Positions 24,616 to 39,757 of a stretch of DNA of 64,000 bases are shown here, in pieces. Under the pieces are notes generated by a model, which saw only the letters and a program-made list of their open reading frames with translations, had not been told where the DNA came from and searched no databases. Source of the DNA: Eledone cirrhosa (Eukaryota). Positions within the stretch are counted from its first letter, which is position 1. Every line of letters starts with the position of its first letter. A program made the translations under genes and the position numbers. The stretch is from contig OZ024740.1 in the NCBI GenBank assembly GCA_964016885.1, positions 305,350,001-305,414,000 of the forward strand, read 5' to 3'.

Positions 24616-25926
24616 GTGAGTAAACAACAGTGTATGCCTTGTGTGTTGTTTGGTAAGGAAATAATCTATTATTGACTGCAAGTTAACTACTGTACAGAAG
24701 CCGTGTTTTATTCCCTACTACTTGTATCTCCCCTGTGTATTTCCTTCCAGAACTGTCGACTAATTTACTTTATATTGCCAATCTTAAATCTGTCCCTCTG
24801 CGAACACTTTATGCACACAGTTAACCATGTTTTGTGTGTTTTACTTTTGTGTAAACTCGTTACAAAATTCCAGATTTTAATATTTCTTTTCATTAAAAAG
24901 AAGCTAGGGCAGTGGTGGCTCCTGGAATCGCTGGAAACCACTTGTAGACAAGTTGTTTCTTGCCATTTCTCTTCATACCCTTATAAGTGTTTACACACGA
25001 TTGTTTGTAGAGTATATAAAAATTTATTTTGCAATCTCTCACACATAATGTAAACATGACCATAGACGTACATACACGTTCGAGTATAGACTAACTATTC
25101 ATCTGTCATCTATGATATATATATATATATATCACAGATGAATATATATATTACACAGTGATCTACATATTAGTATTCTATGATGTAAGTGAGCCCTTAA
25201 TATTTAATTCCTTCTAATAACAATATAGATGTGAAAGGTTTTATTCTGTCTAGTGTATTAATTCCATTAATATCAATCCTATCTAACTGGCAGAAATAAC
25301 GCTCCCTTAGTGAGGCCGGACTAAATTTAAACCTTTGCCTGGTTAACTCTAACGATTTCCTAAATCTCAACCCCCTGAATGTAGTAGTTTCATTCACTAT
25401 TCAGTGCAGATTCTTCATTTTTGTTTTATTTATTAAACAGTATATATTTCGGATTTTTTTTTAAATTTAATCTAATACTGTCTACAGACTTGTACAACTG
25501 CAAATGGTGTTTTTTGGTATGTGTTTGTTTTGTATATATTTAATTTTATTTTCATTTCTTGTAGATTTCATGTAGATTCTAACATAAATAGGAAACTCAA
25601 TGTATAACACAAACAAAATTGCAAATTTATAGTTGTTTTTTCTTTATGGCTAAGTTAGTGCAATTTGCAAGCCAAGTAAAACAAGAGAGGTTTCGGAAAG
25701 TCACTAGTATCCGTGAACTATAATGTTTCTATGGAAGCCCACTTAGATCACAACTAATGTAGACCAGACTCACTTGTAAATATCTACTGTTAACCTCTTC
25801 CAGTTCTATAAATAATACTTGATCTCCTATTTCACTCTATTTCTTTTTGTTGTTATCTTTTGAGACACATTTAAATTACACTATTTATATTCTAATTTGT
25901 TTCGTGATAGCAGACACACATATGTG

Positions 25927-25975
<49 letters not shown>

Positions 25976-27649
25976 CTATTTATTTATGTTCATACACGGA
26001 ACGAAAGCGCTACCCAAGGTTTCAAGGCCCAAATTTGACCATACCTCCAGAAAACAAGAGCTAACAAATTATTGACCTTTCTCCAGCCGCTTATATGAGT
26101 TTTTGTATGTGTGTGTGTGTGTATATATATATATATTCTTTAAAGAGTTTCGTGAGAGCTATCCGCAGCTATGTAAATTCTCAATAAGCAGAACAAATAT
26201 GTAAGCTTTTTTGGAAAGCAGGTATAGATCTCTGTTGTAAAATTAACACGGTTGTCCTCTCTGGTCTTCGGAATATACTTGGTTCCATTTTCTTGGAATG
26301 TTGTCACATTTTTGTTTCAATCTTTATTTGTTTATATAATTTACGTAGATCAGTTGACGTTAATTTACATATTATATTTAACAGCTATTAATTATTAATT
26401 TAATATAACACTCCTTGTTTATATTTACTAATTTCTTCAATGAAGTGTCTTCAGTAAATTCCTAAGAATTTAATGAAGAATTATCTTAAAAGTTTAGATT
26501 CTGTATAATTCTTTTCATTGTTCTCTGAAAATATTCAATTGCCTTATATGAACTAACTAATAAGCTATTTACGAATCAAACATCAATCAATTAGTTTCCT
26601 CTTCATTTTAAACGGTTACATAAATATTCTAGTGGTGTGAAGAAAAAGCATATTTTTTATTTCAAAATAATATTTTATTCTTGTGTTGTTGACTTGCTCA
26701 TTTATCGTAATTTGAAACTCTTCTAGTAAAATACTAACTTACCTTGATTTGGTAGTATAGATGCGATACTGCTGATAACTATTTCTTATATTGACACAAA
26801 GCCAACATTTTATAGGGGAAAGGTATAGTCGATTGAATTTGACCCTAGTACATGAACGGTAATTACTTCCTCAGAGGCGAAATCTACTCCGGGTGGGGTT
26901 TGAAATCTAACATAGAAAGGGAATTCCAAATATTGTTTGTCGCTGTTTTAGGACTCACCAGTTTTTGTCTAATAATAACCATCGTAATCTTCGGTTAATA
27001 TCTATAGAGATTCCTGTTTGCATTATATTTTGAAGTTAGACCCATTTTAGTTGTGGCACTGTTAAAATTATCGTTGTTAATAAGTAAACTGATATTTTGA
27101 ATCAACCATTAGTTTGTTGCATTGATACAACTAACACAATCTAAATGGAGTTTTGTAAAGATGTATTAATGATTTGTAAATCCAGACCTATTTAGGTTCT
27201 CTTGAAAAGAACAAATATTTAATGTGATCCCTGGATTGTGTAAAAAAAGGTGGTCATTTTGTGAGGCAAGGAGGAAACTAAATGCAATTGTTTTTCTTGT
27301 TTACACAGGAATTATAGTTAAATTTTGTTATTTTTTCCTTAATATTTACAATAGAAGTTACTTCTATTTAAACGGAGCCTCATTTTGAAAAACTCTCAAT
27401 TCTGATCTGAACTCTAATGCCAGTGATCTTAGATCATAAAGTCATCATCATCCTTAATGGGAATTTGTTAGAAGTTGGTAAGTCATAAATCAATATGAAA
27501 ATCAGGTCAAAATTTATTTTTATATTCTAAATAACAATGAGACCCAAGGAGTATACATTTTTTTACCTACTGCAGGTGTTACATATGGCATGCCAAAACC
27601 TCTGTTACCTAGTGATCGTTGACTATACAATCTCTATAATTTTACTAAA

Positions 27650-28050
27650 TGATATTGAGTAGAATACGATCACGAATACAAGCAGCCAAAATGGAGTTCC
27701 TCTGAAGGTCTTTGGAGTAACGTTATTTGATAGAGTATGTAGCTCAGAGATCAGAAAGTAACTCCAGATAGAGCTGCTACTTCTCCAAATTGAGAAATCA
27801 CAGCTCCAATACTATGGGCATGTTATTAAAATGTCTTAGGAAAGAATAGCTGGACAGATTTTATGGGTAAAACCAACTAGCAGGAGACCCAGAGGTAAAC
27901 CCCGAGCAAGATGGTTGGATAACATCCATGAACTCGGTTGGTCTCACTTGGGGATCCAGCTGGATCAGTCGGAGATGGTTGCTTCTGACAGGACTCACTA
28001 GAAGGACTTGGCCCCTGTGACCCCCTCAGGAATAAGTGAGCAAAGAAAGA
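27650..28050 (+). mobile_element. RTE LINE 3' fragment, second family (BovB/Expander-like)
   Basis: LQIELLLLQIEKSQLQYYGHV..., homologous to 36530-36890. Confidence 0.75.
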
Positions 28051-28684
28051 GAAGAAAACATATTGGATAGACTCTGTTTAAAATCCGAGCAAGAATAGAT
28101 CCTATGTATTTCGCTTTTCAATTGAATTAGTAGTGTTATGATGAGCCTAACATTATATTTGATGTGAATATTTAATGGATCCAAATTGAAGATGTCATTA
28201 GAGAAAAAATAGTGGCAGAAAATGGGAAACAGAAAAATTGGGGATGTGCATTTACATACAGAGAGGTGAGGTAAAGGCACTGACTCAACATATGGTGTGT
28301 GTGTCTTGGGCCTTTTTAAACGTAGCAGCATCCATCCTTCTCCAGATCTGAACACACTCAATTCTTTCCAAAGAAAGAGAGAGAGAGAGAAAGAATAAAC
28401 CCCCAAAAAATTAAATGCAAAGTTGACCTTGGCGTGATTTAAATTTTGAGTACAGTGAGCTGGGACAAATATCAGGGAATTTTTAATCTGAAGTCCTAAC
28501 GACTACCAATTCGTCTAAGTTTTTAATTGACTTTTTTATGCTGGCATGGGCTAGACGTGATTTTTTGAGGCAGATGCCCTTCCTGGTGCCAACCCTTTTA
28601 GTTGCTTCTTAGGACTAAACCAGATACATATGTGAGACAGGGGAGTGGGAACATAAAAATGGCATCTCGGTATTTAGTGTAATA

Positions 28685-29425
28685 TCATCATCGTCATTTT
28701 TACACTTGTTTTTCCACGCTTTCAAAGGTTGGATGGGTCCTCAGCACATTGATTTGAAGTCAGCTCTTACCACCTCTGCCCAGGTTTTTCTCAGTCTACC
28801 TCTACTGTGGCTTCCTTCTGCTAACAGTTCCTGGCACTTCTTCACCCATCAATCATCATCCATGCGCATCACGTGTACCAACACAGTCTTCTCTCCTACA
28901 CGCCACCTCAGATTCCTCTTAAATCCAGCTTCTCGCTCAACTCGTCCAAGCTCTGCCTTTCTCTCACAATTACATTGCACATCCAACGAAACATAGCTAC
29001 TTCATTTCTCGCCGGTCTACATATGTCTTCTGCAGTCACTGCCTGTGTTTAACTACCATACAGCATCGCACATCATATAGTCATTATCCCTCAGCCTATA
29101 ACAGTCTGATGAGGTTATGGGTAATGATCCTCTTCCTCACATTAAATTGTAAATAAACATAAAACAATGGATTTATTGTTAGAATTCCTGACATTTTACT
29201 GCCAAATATGTGGGTTATCTATTTCTTGGTATTGGTATTATTTCAATTGTAGTTTGTCGCTTAGATTTTTAAAAATCAGTTTGGAATGATCTGGGCAGAG
29301 GTGGTGAGAGCTAACCTCAAATTGCTGAGACTCACAGAGGAGATGACAAAGAAACGTGGCAAGTGGAGAAATGTGCTAAGAAGGATCTATCCAACCCATG
29401 CAAGCATGGAAAAACAATGATGATG
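28685..29425. mobile_element. Two RTE 3' fragments in opposite orientation (28685-29080 -, 29287-29425 +)
   Basis: Homologous to 4600-5020, each with a (GAT)n tail. Confidence 0.75.
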
Positions 29426-31773
29426 AAGCTTATATTGAGAAAGTATTTCGATAGTATTGTGTCATCACATTCATGTGAAAACTCATTGACAAAATGCTGG
29501 GTAGCTCTCTTCTATCAATGTCAAACAATATCAGCATGTTATTGTGAACTCTCTTGGTCAATGAAACCAGATGAATTGATCATGCTTTGGGGTTATTCTG
29601 GTCATATTTTGTATATGATGCGGTATATGGATTTAGTTAGATTTGGTATGTAAAATTATGGCCTGAAAGATATAGTGTAGTATAGTAATATTGTGACAAG
29701 AAGTCAAGGTTTATTTAAACCGGCCAAAATTCTCTCACCTCTTTCTATTCAAACCGGGCGTAACTGGTTGATCATACTGATGTTAAGGTATTGTTCTCAA
29801 AATAAATAATATCAAAATCTCATAGATTTGTTATTATGTGAGATAAAGCCTTTACCACGAAAATACAATAGTAAATATAGAGTAATGTAAATGCTAAAGG
29901 GTTAACATGAAAGGTTATTGGAATGGTTGCTGCAAACAAAATTGTTTTTTAACACTTTTGATACCAAATTGCCCACAACTGCCTCTGGCTCTATCAAACG
30001 AAACCATCATTTTTAAAGGGTTCCTATTTAAATTAGAATCCCCCAAGAGAAACTTTTGCTCAGTTATGTTATAAATACTATCTTAATGAAATAATTGTAG
30101 TAAATGTTTCATTAATTTCCTCTAATAGGGTGTCCCATCCAGGGCCTTCTCATTCTTGTTTGAGGAACGCCTCACTGGTTGACCTCCATTGCTTTTTGTT
30201 TGTTTTTGGTCATGTCTTCAGGGATGTAGCCATACTCAACATGCTTGTCCAATTGCAGGTTGGTGAGACTATTTAACCTCTGGTTGGCATGGATGGCTGT
30301 TGACTCTGAGGAGTTAATCTGCCTTTTTAACAGTTTTTGTTTTTTGTGCTACTGGGGAGCTGGTTTAGTCGCCAACCATTCAACCATGAAACAGGTTATA
30401 CTGGGTTGCAAGCAGAAGCCTGACATTTTGTTAGTATATATGACACAAAAATGGGTTTTATAGTATGATTTTGAATGAAGACCAAAAAGTCATTTAAAAG
30501 TCAACTTGCAATGAGATGTTTAATAATATAGTGCAACATCAGAATATCTGTAATTTAGAATGGCTGATATTTACTCAGAGTTTTGAATAGTTTATCATTT
30601 TACTGTCCTTTCTGTACATTTCAATTAAATTCTAGTCTATAGTAACTGTGATGTAGATAATCAATGGAATCTATATAAATATTCAATGTAATGAGAAAAC
30701 ATTAACCCTCATCTGTTTTGTATAAAAATATATAAACTGGAAGGTAATAAAAGCCAGTTTCGTTTATTACATTAATTAGTAGACCTTCCCTCCCCACTAA
30801 TAAGAACAATGCAGTTGATGATTGATGTCTATAGAAATAAAATATAAGAGTGTTGCAGCTCTGGAGAGGAAGAATTTGGAAAGTGTTTAATATGGGATCT
30901 GGTGGAATAAAATACACTTAAAAATGTAAGGTTGAAGAAAATTATATTTATTTGATAATTTATCCATAACTAGCTCTACTCTTGAACTGTAGCTTTTATT
31001 AAATTCCTATTTACATATTGAGCTAACATTACTACAAGATCTCACTTTCTTTTGGAGGACATACTTGTATGTTTACTGTTTTTACTCAGTTGAGTCTCTT
31101 TAACTTTGGTGAAGTTAAAGTTACATTACATATGCTGCATGCTTCTATTTTCCCTATTTCTATGTATAAGTATATAGAACTGGTTCATATGTTCAGTCGT
31201 GAGTTATACAAGTATTCTTAGGCACTAATCAGTTCCCGTCCCACCTTTGCAAGCAGGGAAAAAGTGGACATAAAATGAAGTCTAATTGCCAAATCTACAT
31301 AAACACAGTATTTATTGCTCAATCTCACTTCGTGGTCTCCTGGACAAGTCTCTCCTACAACCTCAGAGTGAGCAAAGCCTTGTAAATGAAAACTGAAAGC
31401 ATGTGTTTGTGTGTATATATATATATATATATCATCATTATCGTTTAACGTCCATCTTCCACGCTAGCACAGGTTAGACAGCTTTGTTCCATTTGATGCA
31501 GAGACCATGTCTCGCTCGCACGGAAGCGTCTCTGGCAGGTCTTTTACAGCTGGATGCCCTTCTTAACGCCAACCACATTTACAGTGTGGACTGGGAGCCT
31601 TTTCACTGTGTGTTTGTGTATATATATATATATGTATGTGTGAGTGTGTATATATATATATATGTGTGTATGTATATCTCACTGCTCAGTAGTTCAAGAG
31701 GTGAAAATAAATGGAATGAATACTTTAAAAGAATAAGTCACTTTTGGTATCCAGATATAGAATACTGCCTTAA

Positions 31774-31970
31774 CCCTTTAATGTTCAAACTGGCCAGAAT
31801 TCTCTACCGTTTTCTGTTGAAACTGGCTGTAACTGGTCGCTCAAACTGATGTTAAGGTATTGTTCTCAAAATAAATACTTTCAAAATCTCATAGATTCGA
31901 TACTATGTGAGATACAGCATTTACCATGAAAATATAATAGTATATATAGAGTAATGTGAATGCTAAAGGG
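31774..31970. mobile_element. piggyBac-type MITE family B; copies at 47011-47218, partial 29715-29905 and 58030-58120
   Basis: TTAA|CCCTTTA ... TGCTAAAGGG|TTA ends and shared gtattgttctcaaaataaat core. Confidence 0.8.
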
Positions 31971-32179
31971 TTAGAGAGTATGGGAAATGTGGGTGTAAAA
32001 TAATTCTGATTGATAAGAATACTGTTTGACTGAGATAATGTGAAGTTCTATCTGCATAAAAACTAATGTGATCTAACTAAATTGAAACTTCAGCTATTAG
32101 ACATGTGTACTTTATTGGAGTTATAACCCTTGTCATTTTACAAGTGGAGGAATATATTCTTATATAGAATTGATATACT

Positions 32180-32545
32180 ATCATCGTTCATCATCACATC
32201 TGTTTTTCCACACTTGCATGGGTTAGACAGATCCTTCTCAGCATGGCATCTCTCCACTTGTGATCCTTTGCCATCTTCTCTGAGTTTCAGTGATTTGAGG
32301 TCAGCTCTCACAACCTCTGCCCAAATTTTTCTTGGTCTACTTCTACCATGGATTCCTTCCACTAGCATTTCCTGGCACGTCTTCACCCAACGATCACTGT
32401 CCATGCTCATTACATGTCCAAACCAATAGTTTTCTCTCCTGCAACCTACCTCAGGTTTCTTTATAACCCAGTTTCTCCCTCAACTCATCCAAGCTCTGCC
32501 TCTTTCTCACACTTACATTGCACATCCAACAAAGCATGGTTGCTA
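32180..32545 (-). mobile_element. RTE LINE 3' fragment
   Basis: ORF 32138-32410 contains GRSRPRKIWAEVVRADLK. Homologous to 4700-5020. Confidence 0.8.
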
Positions 32546-33163
32546 TATCATTATTTAACATCCATTTTTCCTATTAGCAAGGGTTAAGTGGGCCGTCACA
32601 AACTAAATCAGTACCCAGATGGGCTAGGGTGAGTGCATCTCACATATGTTCCTGTACTATACAAAGTGTATTGAGTGTGTTTTATCATGGCACCAGCACT
32701 AGAGTTGTTGTTTCTTTGAAACAATTGAAGGTTCCTCTCGGTCCTTGTATATATAGTCATTCAAACATCTCAATTCTATATAGTTCCTACGCTTTTTCTT
32801 ATTTTCATTTTTTACTCAACTATGTCAGGTGTCACCTTTTTCTATTCACCATTAATATTTCTACTGTAAACACTGTTCATAGTATTGTGAATGTTTTGTC
32901 AACCATATGTCTTCTTTTTTCACTTTTTGTTTACTCTACTTTAAACTCGTACATTTTAACTGCTTGCTCTCCTGTCTTTTTGTATCATCTTTACCTATAT
33001 ATATATATTATACACGTCTATGTTTTGTGGTTCACCGATGGATAGAACTGGTCATTCCGTTTAATTAACCATGATGTAATAGTAGGAAAAGCACTCTACA
33101 TAATGCAACTCATCCATCATTGATGTTGAATCCTGTGGCTGGTGTAGAAACGGAGTTAAATAT

Positions 33164-33634
33164 TAATCTGATTAAAATAACAGGAGATTGGACTGGTAAT
33201 GTTCCTTTAAAGTGTTATTGTTGCAAAAAATGCTATATATATTCCATTGACATGGTTACATAAGATCATGGCGACATCATCAGGTGCTGATTGTATAATT
33301 AGTTAATCAATAAAGGAATTTCGGCTAAACAGAGAATAGAGAAAATATTTGATTCAGAGATGGCCCGCAAAATAGGTGTTATTTTTGCTGCAGACCACCT
33401 ACAGCAACAATAACACCTATTTTGAGGGCCATCTCTGAGTCAAATATTTTCGCTATTCTCTATTTAGCCGTAATTCCTTTATTGATTAAATTATTTGATT
33501 ATACAATCAGCACCTAATGATGTTGCCATGATCTTACAAAACCAGGCCATTGAAATATATATAGTGTTTTTTTGCAACAATAAAACTTTAAAAGAATATT
33601 AGCAGTCTGGCTTCCTGTTATTTTAATCAAATTA
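33164..33634. repeat. Palindromic fold-back element (about 230-bp arms, 5-nt loop), probably a MITE
   Basis: The left arm aligns to the reverse complement of the right arm at roughly 85-90% by eye. Centre gctgcag-accac-ctacagc. Confidence 0.9.
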
Positions 33635-34119
33635 TATATATATATATATAGTAATAATAAATACAAAGACCAAAATCTCAAGAGGACTTGATTCTTCTGA
33701 TGAAGGACTAGCATCCATAACGTTAAGACTCTCTTCCTGCTATTTCAAGCGTTAAACTAATATATTCTTTCCATATACTGTACTGTTTGTGTTGTTATTT
33801 CTGTTTACTTTTTGCATACATATAAGTATATATAAACCTGTAGAGCAATATAATTTTAATTATATATATATATGTGTGTGTGTGTGTGTATATTGATAAA
33901 GACACAAAAATGTACAAAGATTTAAACATAAACCATTTCTTACTACTCTTTTTAGTAAGATCAAGATTATTCTTAATGTTTCTTTCTAACTGGTGTTTAC
34001 AACTATTTATTCTAGTATAAATTATTTACCAGTATTTTCATTTAAACTATTTGTAATATTTTCCTCATTTAATGAAGTTTTATGACAGAAACTAATAGTC
34101 TTATTTATGCTTCTTGCAG

Positions 34120-34243
34120 TGTATGGATGGCAGTAAATGTGTTGGTGCCATAGTTTGCAAGTTGGACATTCACCAAGGAGTTATAAGAAGAGGGTATATA
34201 GCTATGCTTGCTGTTGATGCTGAGTATAGACGGCGAAAAATTG
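34120..34243 (+). CDS. NAA30: NAA30 exon 2
   Basis: tgcag| and |gtaagt. [41 protein letters not shown](G), GNAT acetyl-CoA-binding motif A. Confidence 0.95.
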
Positions 34244-36179
34244 GTAAGTGTAGAGAAAGTATACTACAATGATATCAATTGACAGGTTTTGTTAAGTCCT
34301 ATTTTTAATTTTGTATATGTAAAGACAATTTACGTGTTTTGTTGAGAAGAGTATTGAAGAATAGAACAGTATGAATTAGTGTTGTGAAAGGTTGTGAGTT
34401 CAATTCTCAGACCGGGTGATGTGTTGTTTCCTTGAGCAAGACACTTTATTTCACATTGCTCCAGTTTACTCAGCTGTAGAAATGAGATGATAGGGACTGG
34501 GGTCCATATCATTCCACTGCAAAGTGGTCGTGGAGGTGCCACGGCAAAAAAGCACCCAGCACTCACTGTAAATGAGGTTGGTGTTAGGAAGGGCATCCAG
34601 CTGTAGAAATCAAGCCAGAATCAGTTCCCGTCCCACCCTTGCAAGCAGGGAAAAGTGGACGTAAAATGAAATGATGATGATGATGAATATGTTATTATAA
34701 GATAAGATTAGCTGAATATATCCATTGGACATATATCCTTTCCTTTATATTTGTTTTTCCATGATTGCATGGGTTGGACTTTAGTTTTTGTTCAATTATT
34801 GCAGGAAAGCATGAAATGAAAGCAAATTATACTGTAAAGAAGTTTTTAAGATAAAGGCCTTCTGTTTTGAGTGCATAGTTTCATGAAATAAACTTTGTAA
34901 GATGCCAAAAGATGGGTGCAATAATTGGAATCTGGAAAGCAGACTATTTTAGTTGTGATTGAAAGAGACACTAAAAATAACATGAAAGACAGATTTAGGT
35001 TTTTTTAATAAAAGAGGCCTTACCACAAACAGATAATAACTAGTGAACAAAGATATGTCATTCCAAATATAAGATAATACTTCTTTGTCAAGTATATTTG
35101 GACCCTGTCAATGCACATTCAACAGAACCTAATTAATATTAAGGGAAAGAGGTTTATATCAACTAAATAGGATATATGGGGTTACTGGTTATTAATAAAG
35201 AATAGCTAGATGGATGATAGATCTTTGAGGAGGTGGGGCATATCAGAGTTTATGGAGTGGAGAATTAAGACCATGATATTGTATAGAACACAGGAAGCTT
35301 TGAATATGCATAAAATAGTTTTACAAAATAATAGTAGATGTGGATTTAGACATGTTTGTATGCCACATTTTATTAAAAGATTTATAGATATTTGACAAAA
35401 GCTTTTGTTTCTTGCACTGGCAAAAGTCAACATAGGAAGGGCAAAAATGTTATGTTGTGAGTTTTGTCTAAAATATTATACAAAAGACAGTGTATCTGAC
35501 TTTTTAGAACCTCTATTAGTGATCACTAAAGAGGTATATAGAAAATTTGTAGATGATTTTTTTTTTATTTCTAACATAAGCACTAGGCCACAACTCTGCA
35601 GTAAAGGTATAGTCAATTACAGTACTTAACTGGTACTTTATTTTATTGATTCCACTAAGGTCAATCCCAGCTGGATTGAAACTCAGAAAATAGGGGTTGT
35701 AACTATATACTACAAAGCATTTTGTCTGTTGCTCTAATGATTTTGCCAATCCACCACCTAGAAAATCATTACTGTTTGTTTCTATCATTTTAAAAATGTT
35801 CTTGATTAGGTTAAAAGGGTTATGTATATTGATGATAGGTTCTTAACCCAGATATATTTGAGTAGGGAAGAAGACATTGGAAAGATCTATGAGGATAAGA
35901 GTCAATTGTTGAGCATACCATTTTCAGGGTTATTGTTTAACTCTTTCATGACTGCATTTCTAATGAAATACACTCTATTTTAATTAATTAATGAAGAATT
36001 TTGAGTGATTTACTAAAGTTGTTAATTATTTCATTACTAAGATAGTAACTTAATGTAAGGTTCTTATATAAAATTATGTTGGAAGATTTTAACTTAAACT
36101 GGAAATCTTTAAATGGGGGATTTTATTTCATAGAACCAGAGCTGGTTTTGGCTGGGTTGCTAACTAAAGGGTTATGAAA

Positions 36180-36285
36180 TATATACTAACTTCTAGAAAT
36201 ATGTACGAGCTTCTAGAAATATGTATTAGCTTCTAGAAATATATACTAACTTCTAGAAATGAAATATGTACTAACATCTAGAAAC
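36180..36285. repeat. 20-bp tandem repeat (tatgtactaacttctagaaa), about 5 copies
   Basis: Direct inspection. Confidence 0.85.
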
Positions 36286-36444
36286 AAACTCTTGAAATTT
36301 GAAGAAAATATAAAAATCAGAACACATCACTTGTTGGGTTATAATTTTGCTGTTAAAGCTATTTTATGTATTTTGCTTATTGTGTTATTTTAGTTTAATT
36401 TAACTGATGCCATAATAAAGGTGTTATTTTCCTTTGTTTTGTAG

Positions 36445-36500
36445 GCTCCAATTTAGTACTAAAAGCCATTAGAGCAATGCTTGCTGATGGTTGTGATGAG
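36445..36500 (+). CDS. NAA30: NAA30 exon 3
   Basis: gtag| and |gtgagg. (G)SNLVLKAIRAMLADGCDE, phases 1 and 0 fit both neighbours. Confidence 0.93.
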
Positions 36501-36524
36501 GTGAGGTTTTTCTCTTTTTTAACC

Positions 36525-38115
36525 TTCTTGTTCTTCTTGAGTCCTCAAACATTCCTTCCAGCAGGTCCTGTAAAAAGCAACCGTCTCCAACTGATCTGGC
36601 TGGATCCCCAAGTGAGACCAGCCAAGTTCATGGATGTTATCCAACGATCTTGCTCGGGGTCTACCCCTGGGTCTCCTGCCGGTTGGTTTTGCCCATAAAA
36701 GCTGTCCAGCGATTCTTTACCGGGACATTCTAACCACATGCCCATATATTGGAGCTGTGATCTCTCAATTTGGAGAAATAGCAGCTCTACCTGGAGTGAC
36801 TCTCTGATCTCCAAGCTACATACTATCAAGTAATGTTACACCAAAGACCATTCAGAGGAACCTTATTTCGGCCGCTTGTATTCGTGATCATAGTCTTTCG
36901 GTCATTATCCAAAATTCATGACCATAGTTAAGGGTTTGGCACAAATACCGAATCGAAGATAGAGAGTATGGCTTTTATGCCTACTTCCCTTCTTCTGATT
37001 ACTGAATGCACTTAATTCAGCCTCCTGCTTTGCATCTCTCATGAACACAGCCCTGAGTTACTTTAACTCTACCTGCTTCAGTGGAATTCCATTCGCACTT
37101 AGAGTTAACTGCGCATGCTTCCTTTAGAGGAGAAATGACTCAGTTTCCGCAGCACTGATTTTCATTCCAGCCATGCAGCACTCAGCATTAAACCTATTGA
37201 GTGCAAGTCAGAGATCAACTTCTGTCGAGTTAAGTAACAACCATGTCCTCTGCAAATTCCAGCTGACTAATTTTACACCCGCCAGTTATGGTACCACTTC
37301 CAACCCGGCTGCGCATGGCAGTCCTGTTCATGTAAATAATGAACAGGAGAGGTGACAGTACACCCTTGGCATATCTGACTCCCACATTGAATGGTTTCAC
37401 TTTAGCACTGTTTATCCAAACACAAATACTCAGACAGGAAGAAGCAGACCATTGATCCCATACTCCTGCAGAACCTTCCACAGCAGGTGAACAAAACAAG
37501 AATATACCTCTTGGCAATACTCCCATGATTTCTCAAAGACCTGTTGCATTGTGAATATTTGGTCCTCTGTGCTGCCTCCAGTGTTAAAACCACTGTTCAT
37601 CAGCTAGCTTGGACTCTTCATCTCTTTGCCAGACACTTAGCATAGACTTTACTGCAGAGGCTTAATAAGGAGATCCCTCTGTAATTGGAACAATCTCTCT
37701 TTTCTCCCTTTTTGGAAATTGGGATTATCATTCTCAATTGCCATTGCTTAAGTGCCTTTCCAGCGATCCAGGCCACCCGACACACACACCAGTCAGGTAG
37801 AGAATGCCTTCTCTATTTAAGGCTTTTAACAACTCAGGCCAAATTTCATCTTCATCATCGGTCTTGCCACATTTGAGCTCTGTAACTGCTCTTGTGACCT
37901 CAGCCTCTGGGAGATTAGTCACCACTCCCAGATGTACCTCATGTACATCAGAAGATGCTGTTGTGATCAGGTTTAGGAGATCAGCAAAGTATTCTCTCCA
38001 CCTCGCAATGTTGCACTTCTCTGAAGAGAGGAGAACTCTAGGCACATTCTTGATAGCAGGTGTGGAGGAGGTCTACTTGTTATGAAGTTGGCGAATGGTC
38101 TGCCAGAACACTTTG
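36525..38115 (-). mobile_element. Decayed RTE LINE (BovB/Expander-like), just after NAA30 exon 3
   Basis: RWREYFADLLN, GxDEIWPELLKAL, GVLSPLLFIIYM, FAEDMV and LQIERSQL fragments. Confidence 0.85.
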
Positions 38116-39757
38116 TGTGAATGTATGCCTGAGTGTGTCTGTGTTTGAGCGTTTATATTTATATGCTCATACATATAAATGTATGCATATGCACATACGC
38201 GTCAGTGTTGAAAAAAGTCCTAGTTTATAACAATTCTAAATTTTGTGGTCAGTAGTGGAGCTCTTTAATCTTACAACCACTGTACCTCCAATCATCACCA
38301 TCATCATCATCATCGTTTTTATGTCTGCTTTTCCATGCTTATAACTAGAGGAAAGGAAGATGTCACTATCTGTGTTTACCACTCAACACCTCACACAACC
38401 AACCTTTCATGATATAGTGCATGACCACAGACCACACTGAAGCACAGCATATATGTAATACTGAAGGTTTACTTAAGGAAAGCTGACTAACTTTACGCAC
38501 ACATTTCTGTAAAAGCCTCTCTTCATCTATAATATAATACAAAGTCAACAAAAAATATTTTAACTATAAAATTATGTCAACATCTTAAGAGGATAAAACT
38601 CTAACCAAAGAACGAATTATATATTTCTGTTCACAACTAATCTCTGTTTCAAGCTTTACATAAATTCCACTTTATACCAAGAGTTATACATATATGAGCA
38701 TATATGTAAGAGGGAAAATGTGTTCCTTTTATTGTGTAATGTAAAAAAAATTACTCCTATTTTATCATAATGTAATATTGTTTAGATAAATTTGAATAAT
38801 TATTGTCATTGTATTGACCAACTCTTCTTAGTCCATATACTGCAATATAAAAACAGCAAACATAATAATACATTCCTTTATAATGAGAAAATATCTTTTC
38901 CATGATTTTCTTCTGTTTAATCTTATCATGCAAGCATAGAAAAGCAAATGTAAAAACGAGGATGATGATGATGTAGAGATATGTCCATGTTAAAGAGAAA
39001 GGTCATATATAATGTTTGCTTTTATTTGTTTGTTTTAGAATTATGTAACTTATTTTTTGTTCATGTTCATTTTTAAAAGAATGTTTTAGTACATTTGATG
39101 AAGACATCTCCCTTCAACACTAGCTATGGAATAAAGCAGGACTTACGCCATCATCATCATCATCATCATCACCATTTAACGTCCATCTTTCCATGCTAGC
39201 ATAGGTTAGTCTTGAACTTAAAAACTGATAAACCTGGCATTTAATGTGTAGCCAATTACCAGTTGATTAGTTACAATCAACACTAAAGCAAGAAGTTTCA
39301 AGTGCCTCATGTTTGTGTCCATTTCAAATCCCAGTTGATTATAAATGTTAATGCTTTTGAGAAATATCAAGATTACATGTTTGGTCATTGCCTATCTAAA
39401 TTTGGCATCTATTTTTGCCTGGTGGTGATGGTGTAGCACTACCATTTTCATTGTTTTAGTCTGCTCGGTAAATCCAATGATGGTTCTTCACTGATCTATG
39501 CTATTTCTGTGCCAAGGCACATTACCAATGAGACACTTCATTTATGTTTTCTTGTTTTATTGTTATGCAATAATGAAATAACTCTATAAAAACCTTTCTT
39601 CAAATATGTCTTGAATCAATAGAAAACACTCACTGTAAAAATATTTGTCAAAATCTTAACAGGAAACAAAATCAATCCAAAGAAAAAAAGATTTGTAGAT
39701 CTGTAGATTTGTATGCGCCGAATTTATGATTGATATAATTTTTTTTTTTCTCTCTAG

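Noticed and set aside
24304-24681. 125-aa minus-strand ORF
   Set aside because: It is antisense to NAA30 exon 1, with no recognisable domain or splice support.
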